From: Tubiluchus corallicola
Taxonomy: Eukaryota > Animalia > Priapulida
Length of the DNA stretch: 64,000 nt
Assembly (NCBI GenBank): GCA_030141605.1
Contig: JAQGDQ010000352.1
Span: forward strand, 184,378-248,377
Direction: 5' to 3'
The notes under the pieces are model-generated. The model was not told the DNA's origin and did no database searches. It was given only the letters and a program-made list of their open reading frames with translations. A program made the position numbers and the translations under genes. Shown piece after piece: positions 39,674-51,969 of this stretch (position 1 is the first letter of the stretch; each line of letters opens with the position of its first letter).

Positions 39674-41715
39674 CTCTGCCAACAAAATATGTGAATCTGC
39701 CCGGTTATGCGAAACATTATGCCGTTTTAATCAACCAGCATCATTTCTCTTGTAATCGTGTGACACTCGTTTCAGCGTTTACAATAAACTCAGAGAAAAC
39801 TTCATCCCATAAACATTACAGCAATTAGATTAATATTTTCTGTATGGACTTATGATCTCACATTACGTGCGTAGAACGTTTGCCGGTGTGGGAAGAGTTC
39901 CGTTACGCGATAGCGCTTCCTGTTTATCCCGTATCCTGTAAAAGCTGTCGTAGTATCCAGGTAAGTAGGTAGATAGTGTGGGAAGATAATAGCACGCTAA
40001 TTCGTTTTGTCACTTAACATCATCGTGCGCAGGTATGTGTGTGCTGATGCATTAAATGTAGTATTCATCCGTGCACCGCTTGCCCTCATAATTATGACAT
40101 GTTGTATCATATATGGTTAAATTGGTAACTTACTTTCTTCAGTAACTGTTCATTTAACGTTTTAAAGCTAACTTTTAAAGCAATCAAAACTTTAAAAATT
40201 TAAAAGTAACGACAGGCAAGGTTTAATTCGCTAAATAATAATTAAGCCTAAACCTGTCCAGAAATTTCTCTTTTGATTGCATTTTTTTTAATGCTAAAGC
40301 GAGCTGACTGAAATTTATTGTTATCGTTTTACTGTTTTAACTAAAGGTTGAGTCTCGAAGTTCGATTATAGTGTTGCTAGAAAGAATTTTTTATTTCGTG
40401 CGATCTGTATTTCGTTCCTAGTTGTAAAACAAAACGAGAAGCACCTATAATTGGCATAAAAATGTTACGACAATGATAATTATTGCACCAGAACATGTTA
40501 AACAATGACAGTATTAACAATTAGCTTGACATCACATTATAATGTTAGTAAAATGTAAATAGATCGTTTTACCGGTAAATAAATCACGTTCTTAACTTAG
40601 TAAACTAGCATTTTGCGCCACAGTTTACATATCAGCAAAGCCAATTACTGTACACAAGTAGAGTGGGAAAATACATATAGGCTGTGCGCTCCGATAATTC
40701 CCTGAATGCATTTTTATTCTCCAAGCCTAAAGATTACTTCAGTAACTATTCAAAAACTACTGTACGGTGATTAATTACGAAGACAGAAATTTAATGTCCT
40801 GTAAGGTTTGAATCTGCTATGCAACAGCAAATTGGTTATTTCAACATGGCTTCAAATTATTCTAGTACAGTCTATCGTTGTGTTTACCTTTACAATACAA
40901 TTTTAATACATACATACATGAAATTAAACTGTTAATTATAATCGGATTATATGCACCCTAATCTTTAATTTGTTAAAAGAAAGAAGGCGAAAGAACGGAT
41001 TTGAACCTGACACCGAGCGTATCATCCCTTGCACTGCCCCCCCCCATCTGACCTGAGTTATTGTACCTTTTTTGGTGGACCTAGACTGAAATACCAACTT
41101 TGCAACTTTCAATCAGTCACTCATCGCTACCGAGGCCTTTGCTGACAATGGGGCTAAACTACCAATGAAATATTTCATTAATTATTTATTAAATAATTAT
41201 TAATAATTAGTAATTATTAATCACTAATGATTAGCTAGCAATAACGCAACTAGAAATTATAAGTGTTAAAGTTTTAAGTTCATAACTTGCTTCGTCTCTT
41301 ACCCTGAAAATTTCGCGTGTTACTCTTAATATTACCTCCTCATTCTTTTTTCTTTTGTATGTGAAAGCGACATGATTATTTCTGCAAATTAAGCTGAATT
41401 GTGTATCCCTGGTAATTACACAGATTATTGCCAAAAGGCACTGAATCCAGTATGTTTGGCAATATATAGCAGATTTATCGATAGCAGAATGTAACTCTCA
41501 TAAGCATGGTGAAGGCAAATTCGGTAGTTGCGATTGGCATCTCTGGAGTGGTACTTATTTTAATTACAGATATATGATTATGAACTACATAATTTAGTAA
41601 CACAAATATGAACAGTAATTTCTGCCATCGTTTTAGTACGATGTCATTTTTTATACCAAAAAATTATATCCATTATTTACTTTTTCCATCAAATTCTATT
41701 TTCGTTCATTTCTTG

Positions 41716-42301
41716 CAGGCACGTAGCCAGGAGTGCTAACACATGTACTGTATAATCTAATGCAGTTTGCACTCCTGTACCACGTAAACAAATTGGGTTC
41801 GTCAGGTATAATTAAAAGTAAAGTTTCGTTCCAAGTTTTATTAAAAGTAGAGGTTACTTATAAGTACATTGTAATTACAATAAAATAAATTACATAATTA
41901 TTTGTAACTGTAACTTGTAAAATAATGCGCCTATTTTTGAGGTCTGCAAACATATGAATTACAATGACTATTTCGTCTTTGTTTAAGTACATTTAAGCGG
42001 GCTAAGCCATTTAACCTGTCTTCCCCAGCTCTGCTGCGAATGAAAGTTTTCAATAGACATAAGGCAGAAAATGTTCCTTCTGGTGTGCTTGAAGACAATG
42101 GAATTGTCAACAGTGAATATAATATAGGAACTTGTCACGTGCTTTCAGAAGCTCTCACGAAAGAAGCACACAAATAAGCATGTAAATAAATATATAAATA
42201 TAAAATGTTAAAAGCTTTACCGCAAAAAAACTATTTTAAAGAGCATACTTTTTTAAATGCAATGAAAGGGGGTGCCCAGGCTCCTCCTGGCTACGTGCCT
42301 G
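41716..42301. mobile_element. hAT-type MITE
   Basis: Perfect 18-bp TIR CAGGCACGTAGCCAGGAG / CTCCTGGCTACGTGCCTG. Flanking 8-mers ATTTCTTG / TTTTGTTG match 6 of 8. Confidence 0.7.
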
Positions 42302-43567
42302 TTTTGTTGGCGTTCTTGTTCTTGTGTGTTTTACTTTTTGTGGCGTAGGTCCTTCACACTTCCTACTGTACGATAAATTAATAAAAACTTGATGTGAAGA
42401 CGCGTTTATCTCTTTAACTCTAAATAAAATAAACTGCACTAAAGTGAAGATTCTCCTTGCTTACAATTGGATTAGCTTCTAGTGGGTTATTTTGAAAGAA
42501 AAGTGTATTATTAAGAATTTCTTTGCTGTAAACAAAATTTAAAAGACACAAAGTCCCAAATAGGAATGTACGGTTGATGATACTCCTCCAGGGATGAACA
42601 GTTAAATACACCTGAACTTATACATTACAAATTTTACATAAACACTCTATGACATTTTGTGAGATCAAAGGGGTAAAAGTTGTAAACAAATCTATGATAA
42701 AAATAATTAAATCTTTTAAAACGTAGGTATTAAAATTTACACAGAACATATTTTATGTGTTTGGCACAGACATTAAAGATGGAGTTTGCCAATATTGAAT
42801 AGAAAATTACATAAAATTATGATGAGATGAAGGCAAGTCTCATTAAATCTCTTCACATTTCAGATTCTACTTCTGCTTCTACTTCAAGAGATTTCTAGTT
42901 CATTCAGTTTCTTGCCTGTGTGAGTGTCAATGTTAATCGTGATTGACAAAACAATAATAGCAATTACACAGCGCCAGATGGCTTGTATGGGTCATTTTGT
43001 ATCTGTAATGACGCGTGTACCTTCCTATTACGTTTAGATGATCTGAAAATCAAACCTTTCTTTAACAATTGCCCTTATCAGTTGTAGTTAGGTGTAGCTG
43101 AAATCGGTTGATTTGTAGTTTAATTCAAACTGAGCAAACCTACATGGAAACAATTAAGGCGTAGCGGATATTACATTCTCTGATGAAATGGAAAACATGT
43201 AATAGTGTGATGTGGTGTTAGTTTTACAAAGTTAAAAGCGGTTTCAATCACTAAATGCTAGACTATACAGTCATTAATTGTCAAGGAATTATAGAACACA
43301 TTACCATCATATGTAGACGCAAACTGCATCCCAGAGCGTATTTATGCAACGCACGTTTTCTCCAGGGTTGTCACGCAACTGTGTATTGTGCGTAAGTGAT
43401 TGCGTGCGCTGAAATAAATGCGTTACGTCTGCAGCTCTGAGTGCTCACCGGTGAAATATTTACAATGACCATAATAATTTTCTAACATGACGTGATTGAC
43501 ATCAATTCACAGGTAGCAAAAGCTAGATTGTTTTTAGACGAATGATGAATAAGTGAACGGATTAATA

Positions 43568-43715
43568 AATGAATGAAATAGCGAGTAAATGAGGTAACAC
43601 CGAGGAGGATGAAGGGACGAACTGCAACCACGGATGTTGATATGGGGAACAGTGCAGCCGGAAGAGTTAATCATTCGTTCGTTCACTCATTCATTTACTC
43701 ACTATTTCATTCATT
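43568..43715. repeat. Short inverted repeat (MITE-like)
   Basis: TGAATGAAATAGCGAGTAAATGA ... TCATTTACTCACTATTTCATTCA (22 of 23 complementary) around a ~100-bp GC-richer core. Confidence 0.55.
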
Positions 43716-45158
43716 CAAGTATGCTGTTAATTAACCTTTCTAATAAAATTGTAAAAATTGCCAGGTGTCAAGGATTACAAAAGTATACGCTATTTTCCAA
43801 ATTTAGATGATGTTACAAAGCTATTCAGTCTCTTAACCAATTATGAGTTATAATAAAAATGTAACTATTAGAACCCTATTGTACATTTGTTAATTGTCTA
43901 TTATATTTTGTAGTAGTTCAACACTAGTTTATTGTAAAAAACCCAAGGGCCTGTATGTACGTACATGCTTGGTATGCAATATATACAAATGTATACTCTG
44001 TGTATGCTTTGTAAGCAATAATTACGCATCCTTGTATGTGTACTAACATTCATTTATTACAAAATATTTTTCTCGTGTTTTTGTATGAATATAATGTTGC
44101 AATTATAGAATACTGTCAAGTAAACGTACTACTACAAATTAACTTTTGTTTAGTAATTTAGTTTAACACTATTGACTGCAACAGTCTGTGACAGGTTATT
44201 CATATAATCAGTCATATTTTCATGTATTTTATCATACCTGTAAATGTAAATGTGTATAGCTATGCAATAAACATTTTATATGTATATAATGAACTCTGTT
44301 CTGTCTATAGTGGCTGAATGTATGACTTCCGTAACTAACCACCTAATTACTAATGTATGTAAAATGTAGTTTATTACGTTACAGGATTTTCATTATCAGT
44401 TATTACACACACGCACGCACACACATGAACAAAAAATGGATAATCAGAGACTTCAGTAAGCCTTTTAAATTTAATTTAAATTTTAATTATCAGTGAAGAA
44501 TTTTACAATTCTTCGTAACAAAGACTTAACACATTACAGCGCTCTAAGTTTTTCTACAAAATTGTTTTACTTTCCTTAAAATCCAATAATGTCCATTAAA
44601 GAATCTTGAAACAAAAAGTAACCAATGTACGATGTGGTTTGACATCTAATACTGCTAGAATAACAATCTGCCCATTCAGACCTCCCTACTTGAAACAATA
44701 TTTTTGACAATCTACAAAATTCTGCTAAGAAGAATCTGTTTTTATATTACCAACAAATTCTGGGAATGCCATCTACTTATGAAAATGAATAGACCTTGGC
44801 TATTATTTATCATTTTTTGGAAAATGAATCACTCACATTTGCAAACAACTTATCACGTAATGTATTGGTACATGTCACAAGACGCATTCTTATGAGTTAC
44901 TTGATAGTTAGTTGTTTGTACAACAAAGCGATGGAATATACAACACTTAACTTGCACAACAATATGTATTAATTAGTTAAAAAAATACTGAGGCTTGCTA
45001 AGCAACCGGCTTTCTCTGAATTGGTTAATTTTGTACTTGAATGGAAAGTTATTCGGTTCATTACTCATTACCTTGCTAAATCATTGACAATTTTTGGCAT
45101 TGTTTTTACGGTGGATTTACATTTTGATAAATAAAGGAATTTTTATGAGTTATAACAA

Positions 45159-47345
45159 CTACGCACGTCCATTAGGTCTATATTTTGTATGCCCTTCCAT
45201 TTCAAGCTCTCGTTCTTCTTGCTGATGTTTTATCAAGTGCCAGTAGAGACCTCTGCGTCTCTTCAGTTCTGCATGGGTGCCCTTTTCTGCTATAACGCCA
45301 TCGTTCAGCACTGCTATCGTGTCTGCATTCTGTATCGTGCTCAGTCGGTGAGCAATCACCAAAACTGTACGACCTCTGATGACGCGATCCAGCGCCTCTT
45401 TTACCAGGTGTTCTGATTCAGCATCCAGTGCACTTGTAGCTTCATCAAGGATAATAATGGAAGGGTTTTTGAGGAGTGCTCTAGCAATGGCTATCCGTTG
45501 CTTCTGTCCACCCGACACGGTCGCTCCCCGCTCGCCGAGAACAGTGTCATATCCTTCCGGAAAGTTAAGAATGAATTGATCCGCATTCGCAAGTGTAGCA
45601 GCTTCATAAACCTCTGCGTCACTAGCATCTGGTCGACTGTAACGAATGTTTTCCCGAACAGATGTGGCAAACAAAACTGGCTCCTGGCTGATGAAACCAA
45701 TTACGTGTCCACGAAGCCAGGTAGGGTCCAGGTTTCTGATGTCTACACCATCCAGTTTAATGCTGCCTTGTTGAACATCATAAAATCTCTCAAGGAGGGC
45801 AGCCATGGTGGACTTGCCACTCCCAGACAGTCCACACACTGCAACTACAGTCCCAGGTGCAAGCTTGAGTGAAAAATTGTCTAAAACCACATGTTGAGAG
45901 CGAGAAGGATAAGCGAACGTAACATTCTCATATTCTACAGCGCCCAACAAGGAATGAAAAGGGATCTTTCGTCCTCCTTTTAATGGTATTAGAGGAGTGG
46001 ACTTAATATATTCAAAAATTCGTGCACCAGCTGCTACAGCCTTTATTGCTTGTCCAAAAAGAAGAGACATCTGTCCCAAGGACCGTTGTATTGTTTGGGA
46101 CGTGACAAGGAATGCCATCAGGTCCCCAGGAGACAACTCTTTTGCAGAAACAAGATGACCTCCCACAAAGAGAGTCCCCAAAACAATTCCATTTAAAGCC
46201 AAGTTGGACAGGCCTTGGAATAGCGCTATTCCAACTCCAAGGCGTTCGTTCATGCTACATGCTTTCTTCAGCTCTATATTAAACAGATGCATTTCACTGT
46301 CTTCCATAGCAAACGCACGCACCGTGCGCATGTTACCCAGTGCCTCATCTGCTACAGCTGCTGACATGGCGACTTGTGCTTGTGCATCTTTTGAAAGTCT
46401 TCTCAGAATTGATCCCAATAGCCATCCAGTTATAATGATGCTTGGTATTACGATCACCATCATCAAAGTCATCTTTGGAGAAATGAAGTAAGAAGAAACA
46501 ACACAACCGACTGTCTGTGTCAAGCTTCTCAGTCCTTGTGATATACACAGCTTAAAAGAACTCTTCAAATCTTGTGTATCAGCTGTGAGCCGACTCAGTA
46601 TCTCGCCAGTTTTATGCACATCAAAGAAAGCAATGTCTTGCTGAATGAGTGAAGCAAAAAGTTTTTTCTTTAATCTCTCGACAAGACGTTCTCCAACAAA
46701 TGTCAAAAGTGAGATGTACACAAACGTTAACAAACTTTGCAATCCATAAACAGCCACCAGTCTGATTGCTGGTCTTCTAATTTCGGCTAAGTACTCCTTT
46801 GTTGCATCACCAGTGAATTTTGAAAGTACGTTAACTACATCGCCAAGAAAGTGTGGAATTTTTATGTTCACTATAGCAACGGCAAAGGCACTTGCAACTG
46901 CAGCAATCAAATATAAAATGTCCGGCAGAAGTAACTTGACAAATTCGAGCCAAGGAAATAATGGACTCTCAGAGCTGTTGTTGCTGATATCTTGAATTCG
47001 GGTTGAATGGCCTGCCTCACATTTTACACGCATTAATGAGTGGGAATACCATGTCCTAAGAAAAACTGCACCAGTCACTGACAAAGCAAAACCTGCTCGA
47101 ACAGTGCCAAGTTGCGCAACAGATGGTTTACCCTTTGTCCACAAAAGCCATAGCTTTCTGAAAGAGAAACTTCTGACGGAATGGGCAGAGTATGCTGTTC
47201 CTGTAAGATTTGCTCGAGTCTTCAAAACATGTGTGACGCTAGACATAAAAGGCTTAGAGTTGCTCAAGTGCCACAGGGTGTTAGGAAACTTTACACTAAT
47301 ACCTGCAGAGGGCAGCAAACACTTTCTCAATAAAAGCTGCACCAT
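45159..47345 (-). CDS. ABCB8: Mitochondrial ABC half-transporter ABCB8 (MITOSUR)-like, 728 aa, intronless CDS
   Basis: Basic/hydroxylated N-terminal presequence. TMD with the ABCB8-type motifs 'RLTADTQDLKSSFKLCISQGLRS' and 'LMAFLVTSQTIQRSLGQMSLLFGQ'. Walker A GLSGSGKST, signature VSGGQKQRIAIARA, Walker B IIILDEATSALD and H-loop IAHRL. Confidence 0.93.
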   Translation of the reverse strand: MVQLLLRKCLLPSAGISVKFPNTLWHLSNSKPFMSSVTHVLKTRANLTGTAYSAHSVRSFSFRKLWLLWTKGKPSVAQLGTVRAGFALSVTGAVFLRTWYSHSLMRVKCEAGHSTRIQDISNNSSESPLFPWLEFVKLLLPDILYLIAAVASAFAVAIVNIKIPHFLGDVVNVLSKFTGDATKEYLAEIRRPAIRLVAVYGLQSLLTFVYISLLTFVGERLVERLKKKLFASLIQQDIAFFDVHKTGEILSRLTADTQDLKSSFKLCISQGLRSLTQTVGCVVSSYFISPKMTLMMVIVIPSIIITGWLLGSILRRLSKDAQAQVAMSAAVADEALGNMRTVRAFAMEDSEMHLFNIELKKACSMNERLGVGIALFQGLSNLALNGIVLGTLFVGGHLVSAKELSPGDLMAFLVTSQTIQRSLGQMSLLFGQAIKAVAAGARIFEYIKSTPLIPLKGGRKIPFHSLLGAVEYENVTFAYPSRSQHVVLDNFSLKLAPGTVVAVCGLSGSGKSTMAALLERFYDVQQGSIKLDGVDIRNLDPTWLRGHVIGFISQEPVLFATSVRENIRYSRPDASDAEVYEAATLANADQFILNFPEGYDTVLGERGATVSGGQKQRIAIARALLKNPSIIILDEATSALDAESEHLVKEALDRVIRGRTVLVIAHRLSTIQNADTIAVLNDGVIAEKGTHAELKRRRGLYWHLIKHQQEERELEMEGHTKYRPNGRA

Positions 47346-47411
47346 ATTCTCAGTTGGTGACTATGTCCATGAACAAATATAACAGTGGGTCAGTGGCTAC
47401 TGGTAGATTCC

Positions 47412-47816
47412 CTAAAAAATAAAATCATTCATTTTTAGTTATCAATGATGTTAATAATGAGGTTTCAATCTACACAATTTAGTACACAATTTAACACTAA
47501 TTAGCTTTTCATTAGTGTTTAGTAAGCAGATAAACTGCCCAGCCCAATCTCTCCCTAGGCTTAGTTTTGTTATAAAACACAGTCTCAATACTATTAAGAT
47601 GTACAGTCATACCGAATCATTTATTCCCATGAGAAATAATGCAAAAGCAAATAATCCGTTCTCAAGCACCAACTGAACTGTAAAGTATTACTAAAACGAA
47701 ATATAATAATGCAAAAATGCTTATTCAAACAGTAGATGAGATATGATTGATAAGAAAAACATAATAGAATTCCTTAGAAAGAAAAACATAATTATTCCTG
47801 CAACAAAAAACCTTAC
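47412..47816 (-). other. Probable 5' UTR intron of ABCB8
   Basis: Minus-strand donor ACAC|gtaagg at 47816 and acceptor ttattttttag|GG at 47412. A CpG-rich promoter-like patch lies at ~47870-48040. Confidence 0.5.
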
Positions 47817-49067
47817 GTGTTGGTAGCAGTGTGATGGTATATGAAAGCAAGAGCAGAAACATGTGTGTGACTACTCTCGGGCGCGGTCGGTTATGCTCGG
47901 CTCGCCGCGCAAGCGTTCATCACGTGCTTGGCGGTTGGTCGAGCACCGAAATTCTGGTCGAAAACAGAGACAATTTCAACTCGAATTTTCTGGTCGAAGA
48001 CCGATTTGTACGAGTACTGGGACATTCGAAAACCGAGGTATGATTGTACTAATTACATATCAAAAAACTATTAAAATGTAAAAAAATATCTTAAGGATTA
48101 TTTACTACCATTTACAAACTGTCTGCTATGAAACATTAATGTTACACTTCTACACTAGACTCTTACTTATGCATCAAAATTATTTAGATTTAAAATAAAA
48201 TATTCTCGATCTCGTGTTTTTTAAAATACAGCTGTTAGATGTTTCGTCAAAAATCTCTATTAACTACAATGTCACATTTGTATTAAATCACAAATAATTA
48301 TTGGTTCGTCCAATTATGTTATTCACTTCACCATAACTAATAAACATTTCTCAATAATGCATACCACAACTTGTCAAAAATGCTGTGTACATACCATAAA
48401 TCACAGTAAATACACGCAAATGTGTCAACAGAATAGCCTTGTCAATAAGTTGGTTCCCTGTTGATTCTGGAATTGAATTGTGTAGGTGCAAACTCTAGAC
48501 TGTTATTGACTGTAAGGAACATGGTTTTTCTTGCAGCTGTTGAAGTTTTGATGAATAAGTACCCAGTTAAAGGTGTAGTTGATTTGTCGATGAGCTTGGC
48601 TTGCTCTGCTGAGGCGAATTGGTTACAATACTGAAAGGACTAAGATGGAATCCACTGCAGCATTCAAGTGTCATATAATATGTCAGGCTGATTTCTACTT
48701 TATCCAGTTTCATTACCACAAAAAATGCATTCAAATAATATAGTACTCATTGCAGATATGTGCTTAAGGTGTTCCAGTCACTTCCTGTTTTGGAGTCAAA
48801 TAGTTCTGCATTAAACTTTGCAGTCTTATAGTCGACTCCTTGTTAACTATTTGTGAGACACTTTATTCTGAGTTCAGACGAATTTGGCAAAAATGAGTCT
48901 ATGTAGAAAATGGCATTGCCTTCCCTGCCTGAAAAGCAGAGACGTTAACTAGTTCCGAATTCTTCATATGCAAGAACTTTGTGGATTGTGAATCATGACT
49001 TTTTTACATTATGTTATGTTGTCTTATTATGACTTAACATGACAAGAAATGTCACTAAACAGAAACG

Positions 49068-50693
49068 CTAATTAAATCCGGGTGGTGACTGAATGGATGA
49101 ATATTTAGTAGTCTGATCTGTATAATTTAAGCCTGGTGGTGGCTTAACTGTACACTTTTGCTCATCTACAGACAAATCAAGTAGAAAAGATGAAGAATTC
49201 CAGCAATTCTCTTCCGGCACTTCTTTATCTGCTATAGGTTCAATTTTGTCAGATACAGGTTGATTTTTATGAGCAGCTAAAGAAGACTTGCTATCACATT
49301 CAAGTTGGGCTGGTGATGAATTCTTACATTGTTCAGTATCCACAAGTGGTGGATTACTGCCATGTTTTGTATTTAAATTGGATGTTGCACCGTTTAGGTC
49401 TTCGCTAGCCTTGAATTCAAGACGATGTTGTTTTCTATTTGGTTTGTTCTGCCGCTGGCTTGAGACAGCTTTAGTGGCACATTGTTTATCACTAATTTGT
49501 CTACGACTGTGTTTAAATTGATACTCGTCTTTTGATGATGTAAGAAACTGATCGTCCACAAGTTTATCATAAATACCGTTCACTTTACCAGCTACGTCTT
49601 CGGCTGCTACACTAACATTCACTGACTGATGATTAGCAGCAGGGTTCTTGATTTTGAAATCTTTTCTGCTGTTTTGCTGACCCCATTGTGACTTGTCTTC
49701 ACCAGGCTTTCCAAGAAAACGGCGTCCTCTTCCTCTCGGTTTCCCTTTGTCATGACTGTGACTACTGCCACAGCCAGCTTTTTTGGGTTGTGATGTCTGG
49801 TTGTGCAGTTTCTCTCTCCACTGTCTGCTCCTATCATTTGCCCACTTTTTTTTCTCATGATGCTTGTGCTGTTTAGTGGTTGGAATGTTTTTTTCTGCAC
49901 CTGATGCTACACTTGGCACAGGCAGGGTCCAGTTTGAATCAATTAAAAGTTTTTTCCGCTCCTCTTCTATGTCAATTATTGCACCTTTTTCTTGCTGTTT
50001 TGTATACAATTCTTTCATCTTCAACTGCAGATCTTTTATCTCATCACTTGGTTGAAAGACAAATGCACTGCTACTTTCTATGGGTGGGGGCGCATCCAGC
50101 AATACATTTAAATTGTATGATATAGGTAGTCGGCATACAGGACAAATAACAACTGCATCCTCAGTTTCTTCCACATTAAGTTGTGTAATTTCTTGCTCTT
50201 CAGATTTTTTGTTAGCTTCATTTAAGAAATGCCTCACGTATCGGCCAAGACAATATTGGTGAAAATGGTGATAACACTCAGTTTTTGTAAAAACATCACT
50301 TTCGTGAAAACCATCCAAACATATAGCACATTCACCATGTGGAACATTGTCGCTCGTAAGGTGATCCTTTACATACTCAATTATTTCATACAGCATGGGG
50401 TTTCCTAAATTTTCTTTCACCAGTTTTTCAACTTCCTGCTGCAGTCTGATTACAGTGTCTTCAGACAGTCCTCGTGGCGATGCAAATTTTATGCAAGGAA
50501 CTTTTTCAGGATATTCATCTGGTAATTTGATGACTAAGGTAACACGTACATACTGCAACTCAAGATTATCGGCTGTGGCCGGATGTACATCAAAAATTAA
50601 CGTCTCGGGCCTAGAACTACTATCATTCAGTTGCACTACAAGTTCATGGAGGTATATCGCTTGTAAAGCTTCCACTTCAGCCTCCAATTCCAT
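49068..50693 (-). CDS. RNF25: RWD-domain + RING-H2 E3 ubiquitin ligase RNF25 (AO7)-like, 541 aa, intronless CDS
   Basis: RWD start E.EALQAIY, HPATA, YP..VP...F.SPRGLS. RING CAICLDGF...FTKTECYHHFHQYCL...CPVCR. Post-RING 'LY.KQ.EKGAIIDIEEE' and a long disordered tail. Confidence 0.9.
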   Translation of the reverse strand: MELEAEVEALQAIYLHELVVQLNDSSSRPETLIFDVHPATADNLELQYVRVTLVIKLPDEYPEKVPCIKFASPRGLSEDTVIRLQQEVEKLVKENLGNPMLYEIIEYVKDHLTSDNVPHGECAICLDGFHESDVFTKTECYHHFHQYCLGRYVRHFLNEANKKSEEQEITQLNVEETEDAVVICPVCRLPISYNLNVLLDAPPPIESSSAFVFQPSDEIKDLQLKMKELYTKQQEKGAIIDIEEERKKLLIDSNWTLPVPSVASGAEKNIPTTKQHKHHEKKKWANDRSRQWREKLHNQTSQPKKAGCGSSHSHDKGKPRGRGRRFLGKPGEDKSQWGQQNSRKDFKIKNPAANHQSVNVSVAAEDVAGKVNGIYDKLVDDQFLTSSKDEYQFKHSRRQISDKQCATKAVSSQRQNKPNRKQHRLEFKASEDLNGATSNLNTKHGSNPPLVDTEQCKNSSPAQLECDSKSSLAAHKNQPVSDKIEPIADKEVPEENCWNSSSFLLDLSVDEQKCTVKPPPGLNYTDQTTKYSSIQSPPGFN

Positions 50694-51737
50694 GTTTATA
50701 GAAAAATAATTTTTGTGCGCGAAAAATGCTACGTTAGACAGCAGAATTCACTAGCGTATTTAAAAATCTGAACACCAACATAAGCCTAATATTAAATGTG
50801 CTCTGCTCAAACTGTCCGCCCTTTTCTCCATTTTTTCAGACGTAAGCCTTGGTGTAATGCTGCAAAAACGGGGAACTCTTTGGTATTTTGATAATCACCT
50901 GGAGATTCAGCTATAATAACTGCCAGAGAATGTAATATCCGAACTGCATAGCGCTTAGAGGTTAGTCAGGTTACATCTATATTTTTTCGCAACAATACAA
51001 GAACTCTTCATAAATGGCTGAAATTGACCTACTCTTCCTAAAAGATTGCGCTCTCGCACATTACCCCTTGTTGGGAGCAGAGTAAGACATTAGCCGAAGT
51101 AAGAAGCCGACGTAGAACGCGTCGTACATGGGCTAGCTTAAGTTGCACGAGTCGTACACGGGCTGCCCTAGTAGGACACTAGGGACAGCTCACGAATTGA
51201 GTCGTTAACCGTACTGACAGCGTCCATTGCCTTTGTTTATTTAATAGTAATAATTGAAAACGTCAATTCACTTTGACTAATTTATTAGAAATCTGATAGA
51301 ATAAAAGAATTTATTATGAGGTAGTAGAACAGCCAATATTAAATTTGGCTTCGATATTAATCTTTTTGAAGTGAAATAAGTCCACTTTTTAGGTGATTGC
51401 AACATTTGCTTAAGGTATAATTATCATTTTTTATTTTGTCTGGTTTCACAGACAGATGATCTGTTTCACTACCTCTTGGACAAATAATTGTTTTCTACTA
51501 AGTAAACGGGCTAGCGAGCTATGTAACCTACATAGTTTCTGTCTTTCAAGCATTAGATACTTAGCTTAATGTTATAGTGATGTAAAAGGAGCTAATAGTA
51601 AAGATAATTATTATTGTAAAAAGATACATTTGTAAATTGTCAAGGACTATCCATCATTGTTATAAAGTTACTTTTTTTCTAAAACAAATTTAGTTTTATG
51701 TCATAGTTTTTAGTTTTTATCATGTCATAATTCTCGA

Positions 51738-51922
51738 TTCTCGCAAATTTAGCACATGCCCTTTAGCGGAAGTGTGCTATATTCGGTTAGTGGCGTACTC
51801 TGCGCTCTACACCCGTCACTATGGAGTGTGGGTCCAATAAGCATTGGGCCTGTAGGGCGTGAAGTACACCGCCAGCCGAAGCAAGACACTTCCGCTAATA
51901 CGCATGTGCTAAATTTGCGGAA
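51738..51922. mobile_element. Small foldback/MITE-like element between the RNF25 and AKR starts
   Basis: About 37-bp imperfect TIR (CGCAAATTTAGCACATGC...TTAGCGGAAGTGT / ACACTTCCGCTAA...GCATGTGCTAAATTTGCG) with a central hairpin GGTCCAAT...ATTGGGCC. Confidence 0.65.
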
Positions 51923-51969
51923 AAAGCCGTGTCCTACTTGGGCAGCCCATGTACGCCAATTGCCCTACT

